A stretch of 64,000 nt of DNA from an uncultured Actinomycetota bacterium (GTDB lineage: Bacteria; Actinomycetota; Actinomycetes; Propionibacteriales; Propionibacteriaceae): contig CAVVTA010000009.1 in NCBI GenBank assembly GCA_963751045.1, positions 260,243 through 324,242 of the forward strand, read 5' to 3'. Positions 59,073 through 64,000 of the stretch are shown one piece after another. The notes beneath the pieces were generated by a model. It saw nothing but the letters and a program-made list of their open reading frames with translations. It did not search any database and was not told the DNA's origin. The position numbers and the translations under genes were made by a program. Within the stretch, counting starts at the first letter, position 1. Each line of letters starts with the position of its first letter.

Positions 59073-60484
59073 TTTCTCGACTGCGGGTTGGGCGGGACGT
59101 TGCGGTTGAAGCGGAAGACGTTGTGTGGGTCGTAACGAGATTTGAGTCGACGAAGACGGGCCCAGTCCAGGTGCGAATACGCCGCAGCAATCCGTTGTGG
59201 CGTCGCTCCGTCGAGGTCGAGGAAGTTGAGGTAGGTCTCGCCGGTGACGTGTGGTCGCATGCGTTCCTCGACCTTGTGCAAGTGCGCCCGTACGGCGGCG
59301 GCACGCTCCGGGGTGGGGGTGACGCCGACGGCGTTGAGGCTGTACGCCGCCTCGGTGTGGGCCATCGGAGAGAGGGCATCCGCGGGTCCCGGCAAGGCAC
59401 CGCCGAGCTGTCGCAGCTCCAGCATGACCAGCGGGGAACCGGAGTCCGGGCCGACCAGTCCCACCAGGTCGTCGATCGCGGCGGGCGTGAGGTCGCGGAT
59501 CAGCTCGGTGTGGTTCAGGAAGCCGAGCGGGTCGACCGGATCGAGGCTGATCGTGGCCAGGGCGGCGGCCGGCATGGCGGTGAACGTGTCGACCGCCGCG
59601 GGGCCGAGCGCAGCCCGGGCCCGGTCGATCAGCGCCCGGCCGTCGGGCACATCACCGCAGTAGCACCCCCGCAGCGCCACCAGCGTCCGGCCACGCAGCG
59701 GCTCGGAGATCGTGGGCAGCGGTGGAAAGGTGCGGAAGGTGACCGCTGCGGTCAATTCCACGGGCGCCGAGCGGCTCCAGTCGGTGAAGAAGCGCAACAC
59801 GTCACCGGCTCGTTCGAGCTCGTAGTAGAGATTGCCGCCATACACCTCGCGCACGGAATGCAGCGTGAACTCCAGTGCGGTGACGATGCCGAGATTCCCG
59901 GTGCTGCCTCGCAGTCCCCAGAAGAGGTCGGGGTGCTCGGTGGCGCTGGCGGTGAGGCACTCGCCGTCCGCCGTCACCACCTCGGCTCGTGTGACCGAGT
60001 GCACCGCCAGGCCGTACCGGCGGCCGAGCCAACCGAAGCCGCCACCGAGGGTGGAGCCGACCACGCCGACCTTGGTGCTCGATCCCGGTAACCCGGCCAG
60101 TCCGTGCGCCGCCGCAGCCTCGACCACGTCCTCCCACACTGCTCCGGCGGCCACCCGGGCCACCCGGGCCACCGGGTCGACCCGAACGTCGCGCATCGCC
60201 GACGTGTTGATCATCAGGCCGCCATTGCAGAGCGTGCCGGTGCCGTGGCCGGTGGCCAGCAGTCCGACGCCCAAGCCCGCCTTCCGCGCGAAGCGCATGG
60301 CGGTGGCGATGTCGGACGCGCTCTCAGCCCGCACGACGAGAGCGGGCCGGTGCTCGGCGTTGAGGTTTCGTGCGCGCCGCGCCGTGGCGTAACCCTCATC
60401 GCCCGGCGCGAAGACGGTGCCGCGAAGCCCGGCGCGCAAGTCCTGCAGTAGATCCGCACTTCGGTCAGGTGTTGTGGCCGTCAT
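59069..60484 (-). CDS. FAD-binding oxidoreductase (FAD_binding_4 with a BBE-like C-terminus)
   Basis: PALVVRAESASDIATAMRFA...GTGHG...VGVVGSTLGGGFGWLGRRYG, and the C-terminal motif YDPHNVFRFNRNV. The ATG at 60484 follows GAGGAGG. Confidence 0.82.
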   Translation of the reverse strand: MTATTPDRSADLLQDLRAGLRGTVFAPGDEGYATARRARNLNAEHRPALVVRAESASDIATAMRFARKAGLGVGLLATGHGTGTLCNGGLMINTSAMRDVRVDPVARVARVAAGAVWEDVVEAAAAHGLAGLPGSSTKVGVVGSTLGGGFGWLGRRYGLAVHSVTRAEVVTADGECLTASATEHPDLFWGLRGSTGNLGIVTALEFTLHSVREVYGGNLYYELERAGDVLRFFTDWSRSAPVELTAAVTFRTFPPLPTISEPLRGRTLVALRGCYCGDVPDGRALIDRARAALGPAAVDTFTAMPAAALATISLDPVDPLGFLNHTELIRDLTPAAIDDLVGLVGPDSGSPLVMLELRQLGGALPGPADALSPMAHTEAAYSLNAVGVTPTPERAAAVRAHLHKVEERMRPHVTGETYLNFLDLDGATPQRIAAAYSHLDWARLRRLKSRYDPHNVFRFNRNVPPNPQSRK

Positions 60485-60523
60485 GGTGACCTCCTCGAGA
60501 GTTTGCATCCGGTCTCACGCTGA

Positions 60524-60544
60524 ATTAGTCCCCTATGGACTAAT
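60524..60544. promoter_or_regulatory. Perfect palindromic operator candidate (ATTAGTCC-N5-GGACTAAT)
   Basis: 8-nt perfect inverted arms in an AT-rich patch, 40 nt upstream of the FAD oxidoreductase start. Confidence 0.5.
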
Positions 60545-60550
60545 GTGAAT

Positions 60551-60571
60551 ATTAGTCCCAAGGGGAGTAAG
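60551..60571. promoter_or_regulatory. Second, imperfect copy of the same operator (ATTAGTCC-N5-GGAGTAAG)
   Basis: Same left arm and same 5-nt spacer; the right arm matches at 6 of 8 positions. Its start is 27 nt from the start of the first site. Confidence 0.4.
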
Positions 60572-60592
60572 TGTCAACCTTCGGGGACCCGG

Positions 60593-61774
60593 TTAATTCC
60601 CTCGGGCGTCCGCGAGATCACAGGACCAGAGCCGAGTCCGCTCGCCGTCCTCGACCACGACATAGATCCTGTTGCCAACGGCGGCCGCGGGCCCGACGGT
60701 GCCAGCCGGAGTGCTGAACAGTCGCCAGCCACGGTCGGTCTGTAGGAGCAGGCGCCCATCGACACCATCGGAGAAGACGGCGCCGACGTGACCTGAGACG
60801 CGGAAGGCGGCCGCGCCGTCGCTGGTCCGCAAACTTGATACCGGCAGATCCGCCACTCGGCGGCGACCCGCGGAGTCGGTCGTCCACGCGGCGGCTCGAT
60901 CGTCCACCTGGCCGAACACCCAGCACGTCTCGGCGTGGCAGCTCGCGGCGAGGGCCTCACTGCGGCGTCCGGCGTCTGGCAACAAGCCCCGCGCCCACTG
61001 CTCGTTCCGCGACGGCCAGGTCCAGGCGGTGGCCACTTGCCGAATGTCGGGGCCCAGCTCCAACACCGAGCCGAGCACGACCACTCGTGAGCCGTCGCTG
61101 ATAGCGGTGCGGGGCGAGTTCTGCTCGGTGGCGCTGCTGGCCAGCACCGTGCCGGACGCCGGTTGCCGCTCAAAGCGGTCGCCGCGTCGGATCCAGGCCG
61201 CAGCGTCCAACCCGTGCCGGGATGACCAGGTGCCCACGATCACCGGGCCGGCGTCCGGAGTGGTGTCCGGGTGGACGATGCCCACCAGGTCACCGGCCTC
61301 AGGTCCCCCGAAGGTGTTGAAGCCCTGCGGAAACTCCCGCAGTGCACGGGCGGTCCCCGACCAGACCGACCAGCGCACATTCGAGTGGGCGCCGTCCCGG
61401 ACCCCACCGAGCGCCGAGACCTCGTCGCCGCGAACCGCCAGCGAGACCAGCTCGGCGTTCTTCGCGTACGGGCTGACCGGCCGCAGCGGGACGGCCTGCG
61501 CCCGCGGCCGGTCGGAATCGGCGGCGTCCAGCCGAGCCAACCGCGGCTCACGGGGGTCGACGGTCCGTCCGCCGACCCACACAGCCGTCTGGTCTGCCGT
61601 CAGCGATACGGGCCAAAAATCCTCCGGGAGCTCGACGGCGAGCCATCCGGTCAGCTCGGTCACCTGTGGGCCGGCTTCCACGGGCGGGGGCGAGCAGGCC
61701 GCGAGCAGTCCCGCGGGCAGCGCAGCGAGCAGGACACCGAGGGTCAGCACCCGAAGCCGCCGCTTCCGCCGCAT
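60593..61774 (-). CDS. Hypothetical lipoprotein (possibly beta-propeller-like)
   Basis: Signal peptide MRRKRRLRVLTLGVLLAALPAGLLAAC with a lipobox. Repetitive Trp/Gly/Val-rich strands. No family recognised. Confidence 0.6.
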   Translation of the reverse strand: MRRKRRLRVLTLGVLLAALPAGLLAACSPPPVEAGPQVTELTGWLAVELPEDFWPVSLTADQTAVWVGGRTVDPREPRLARLDAADSDRPRAQAVPLRPVSPYAKNAELVSLAVRGDEVSALGGVRDGAHSNVRWSVWSGTARALREFPQGFNTFGGPEAGDLVGIVHPDTTPDAGPVIVGTWSSRHGLDAAAWIRRGDRFERQPASGTVLASSATEQNSPRTAISDGSRVVVLGSVLELGPDIRQVATAWTWPSRNEQWARGLLPDAGRRSEALAASCHAETCWVFGQVDDRAAAWTTDSAGRRRVADLPVSSLRTSDGAAAFRVSGHVGAVFSDGVDGRLLLQTDRGWRLFSTPAGTVGPAAAVGNRIYVVVEDGERTRLWSCDLADARGN

Positions 61775-61940
61775 GATTCGACCTTAGGCGCCAGCTCGTC
61801 GCGGCCGGCGTACCCGGATTGTTACCCAGCGGTAAGACGCAGCGGCCAATCTTGATTAGAGTGGCGGCGACCGGGCCAGAACTAGCTGTCACTATGCCCC
61901 GGACGCGAATAAATTTGCAATCCTGCCTAGGAGGCCGTAG

Positions 61941-63062
61941 GTGAAAAAGTCTCTGCTCACAGTCCCGGCGATGCTCGGGGCGACCGTGCTGGCCCTGGCC
62001 AGCTGCGCTCAGCCACCGGGCACGACCACCCCGTCGGCAGAGCCCGGTGGGAGCGCCAGCGCCTCGGCCTCCGGTGGCGCCTTCAAAGCCTGCATGGTGT
62101 CGGACTCCGGCGGTTTCGACGACAAGTCCTTCAACCAGACGTCCTACAAGGGCATGACCGACGCCAAGACCGAACTGGGGATCGAAACGGGCGAGGTCGA
62201 GTCGTCGACGGCCGCGGACTTCGCCAAGAACATCCAGTCCATGGTCGACGCGGACTGCAACATCATCGTCACCGTCGGCTTCCTGCTCAGCGACGACACC
62301 TTGGCCGCGGCCAAGAAGAACAAGGACATCAAGTTCGCCATCGTCGACAACAACGATCCCAAGACCTACCCGGCGGCCACCAACCTCAAGCCGCTGGTCT
62401 TCAACACCGCCGAGTCGAGCTTCATGGCCGGCTACCTGGCGGCGGGCATGTCCAAGACCAAGAAGGTCGGCACCTTCGGTGGCGCCAAGATCCCGACCGT
62501 GACGATCTTCATGGACGGCTTCTCCCAGGGTGTGGAGTACTACAACAAGCAGAAGAGCGGCTCGGTGCAGGTGCTGGGCTGGGACGCGGCCAAGCAGGAC
62601 GGCCAGTTCGTCCCCGGCGACAAGCCGTTCGAGAACAAGAGCGGCGGTCAGAGTGTGGCCCAGGGCCTGTCCAGTCAGGGAGCCGACATCATCCTGCCGG
62701 TGGCCGGTCCGGCGGGTGAAGGCGCCCTGCAGGTGGCCAAGGCCAGCGGTGGCAAGGTGAACGCGATCTGGGTCGACACCGACGGCTGTGTCAGCGCCGA
62801 GTCCTACTGCCCGCAGATCATGACCAGCGTCTACAAGGGCCTCGACGTGGCGGTGACTGACGCCATCAAGGCGGCCAAGGACGGCAGCTTCTCCCAAGAG
62901 CCGTACGTCGGCACCTTGGAGAACGAGGGCACCGGGTTGTCGCCCTACCACGACTTCGACTCCAAGATCCCGGCGGAGCTGAAGGCCGAGGTCGACAAGA
63001 TCAAGGCCGACATCATCGCCGGCACGATCAAGATCACGTCCAAGTCGCAACCGAGTTCGTGA
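61941..63062 (+). CDS. BMP-family (PnrA-like) ABC transporter substrate-binding lipoprotein
   Basis: Lipobox LALASC, then SDSGGFDDKSFNQTSYKG and TVGFLL. TAGGAGG lies 6 nt upstream of the GTG at 61941. Confidence 0.85.
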   Translation: MKKSLLTVPAMLGATVLALASCAQPPGTTTPSAEPGGSASASASGGAFKACMVSDSGGFDDKSFNQTSYKGMTDAKTELGIETGEVESSTAADFAKNIQSMVDADCNIIVTVGFLLSDDTLAAAKKNKDIKFAIVDNNDPKTYPAATNLKPLVFNTAESSFMAGYLAAGMSKTKKVGTFGGAKIPTVTIFMDGFSQGVEYYNKQKSGSVQVLGWDAAKQDGQFVPGDKPFENKSGGQSVAQGLSSQGADIILPVAGPAGEGALQVAKASGGKVNAIWVDTDGCVSAESYCPQIMTSVYKGLDVAVTDAIKAAKDGSFSQEPYVGTLENEGTGLSPYHDFDSKIPAELKAEVDKIKADIIAGTIKITSKSQPSS

Positions 63063-63072
63063 TTCGCAGGTC

Positions 63073-64000
63073 ATGACGACACAGCAGAGGGAGGCCTCCG
63101 GGCCCCCCTCCGCCCAGGCCGCTACCGGCCTGCAGTTGCGCGGCATCACCAAGCGGTTCGGTTCCCTGGTCGCCAACGACAGCATCGATCTCGACATCCT
63201 GCCGGGCGAGATCCACTGCCTGCTCGGGGAGAACGGCGCCGGCAAGTCCACGCTGATGAACGTCTTGTACGGGTTGTTGCAACCCGACGACGGCGAGATC
63301 CTCATCGACGGGGTTCGGCACGTCAGCAAGAACCCCAAGGAGGCCATGGCCGCCGGAATCGGCATGGTGCACCAGCACTTCATGCTGGTCGAGGTGTTCA
63401 CCGTGGCCGAGAACCTCATCCTGGGTCGGGAGAAGGCCGCGGCTGGGGTGTTGAACATGAACGCAGCCCGGCAGACCGTCCGCGAACTGTCGGACCGGTA
63501 CCGGCTCGCCGTGGATCCCGACGCCTTGATCGAGGACCTCCCGGTCGGGGTCCAGCAGCGGGTGGAGATCCTCAAGGCCCTGGCCGGCGGCGCGACCTAT
63601 CTGATCTTCGACGAGCCGACCGCGGTGCTCACCCCGCAGGAGATCGACGAGCTGATGGAGGTGATGCGGTCGCTGCGGGACGAGGGCAAGGCCATCGTTT
63701 TCATCACCCACAAGCTCCGCGAGGTCCGGGCCATCGCCGACCGGATCACCGTGATCCGACGCGGCAAGGTGGTCGGCGAGGCGCAGCCGGAGGACTCCGA
63801 GGCGCATTTGGCCGAAATGATGGTCGGTCGGGCCGTGAGTCTCCGGGTCGAGAAGGCGCCGGCGTCGCCGAGCGAGCAGCCGCGGCTGGTGCTGGAGAAC
63901 GTCGGCATCGCCAGCGGCTCCGGAGCCCTGGTGGTCGATAACTGCGATCTGGAGGTGTTCGGCGGCGAGATCCTCTGTGTCGCCGGAGTGCAGGGCAACG
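63073..64000 (+). CDS. ABC transporter ATP-binding protein (partial, runs off the right edge)
   Basis: Not in the ORF track because there is no stop. Own translation from the ATG at 63073: ...LRGITKRFGSLVANDSIDLDILPGEIHCLLGENGAGKSTLMNVLYG...GMVHQHFMLV... It has Walker A and typical nucleoside/sugar ABC features, and follows the BMP binding protein. Confidence 0.85.
   Translation, partial: MTTQQREASGPPSAQAATGLQLRGITKRFGSLVANDSIDLDILPGEIHCLLGENGAGKSTLMNVLYGLLQPDDGEILIDGVRHVSKNPKEAMAAGIGMVHQHFMLVEVFTVAENLILGREKAAAGVLNMNAARQTVRELSDRYRLAVDPDALIEDLPVGVQQRVEILKALAGGATYLIFDEPTAVLTPQEIDELMEVMRSLRDEGKAIVFITHKLREVRAIADRITVIRRGKVVGEAQPEDSEAHLAEMMVGRAVSLRVEKAPASPSEQPRLVLENVGIASGSGALVVDNCDLEVFGGEILCVAGVQGN

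Overview
This is a very high-G+C, gene-dense actinobacterial chromosome segment. No rRNA, tRNA, CRISPR array, transposase or integrase was recognised. Most of it is core metabolism. Recognised genes include a perM-like gene followed by purN-purH-folD, then mdh, monomeric icd, trpS, an acyl-CoA mutase large subunit and a BMP-type ABC transporter. There are two accessory-looking blocks. The first (about 7989-13499, minus strand) is an ECF sigma factor operon. It also encodes a small Cys-free partner protein, an 892-aa TPR-CHAT (caspase-like) protease and a signal-peptide-less S8 subtilase. I consider this the best candidate for an undescribed signalling or conflict module, because its parts list parallels the CRISPR type III-E Craspase/Csx30/RpoE circuit without any CRISPR component. 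The second (about 28995-46758) is an L-rhamnose utilisation island. It holds two LacI regulators, an ABC importer without an ATPase, two GH78-type genes, and rhaI-rhaEW-rhaB translationally coupled to lutABC. Non-coding signals include a family of CAGCTGCTCGAG-type long palindromes at three intergenic sites, a 503-nt non-coding gap bounded by 23-nt direct repeats, and a candidate IdeR/DtxR iron box. There is also a tandem pair of AT-rich palindromic operators, a shared AACGnTTCAA half-site at four rhamnose-island promoters, and a tandem 12-mer in front of the CHAT gene. All calls come from reading the ORF translations and the DNA by eye. No database search was run.
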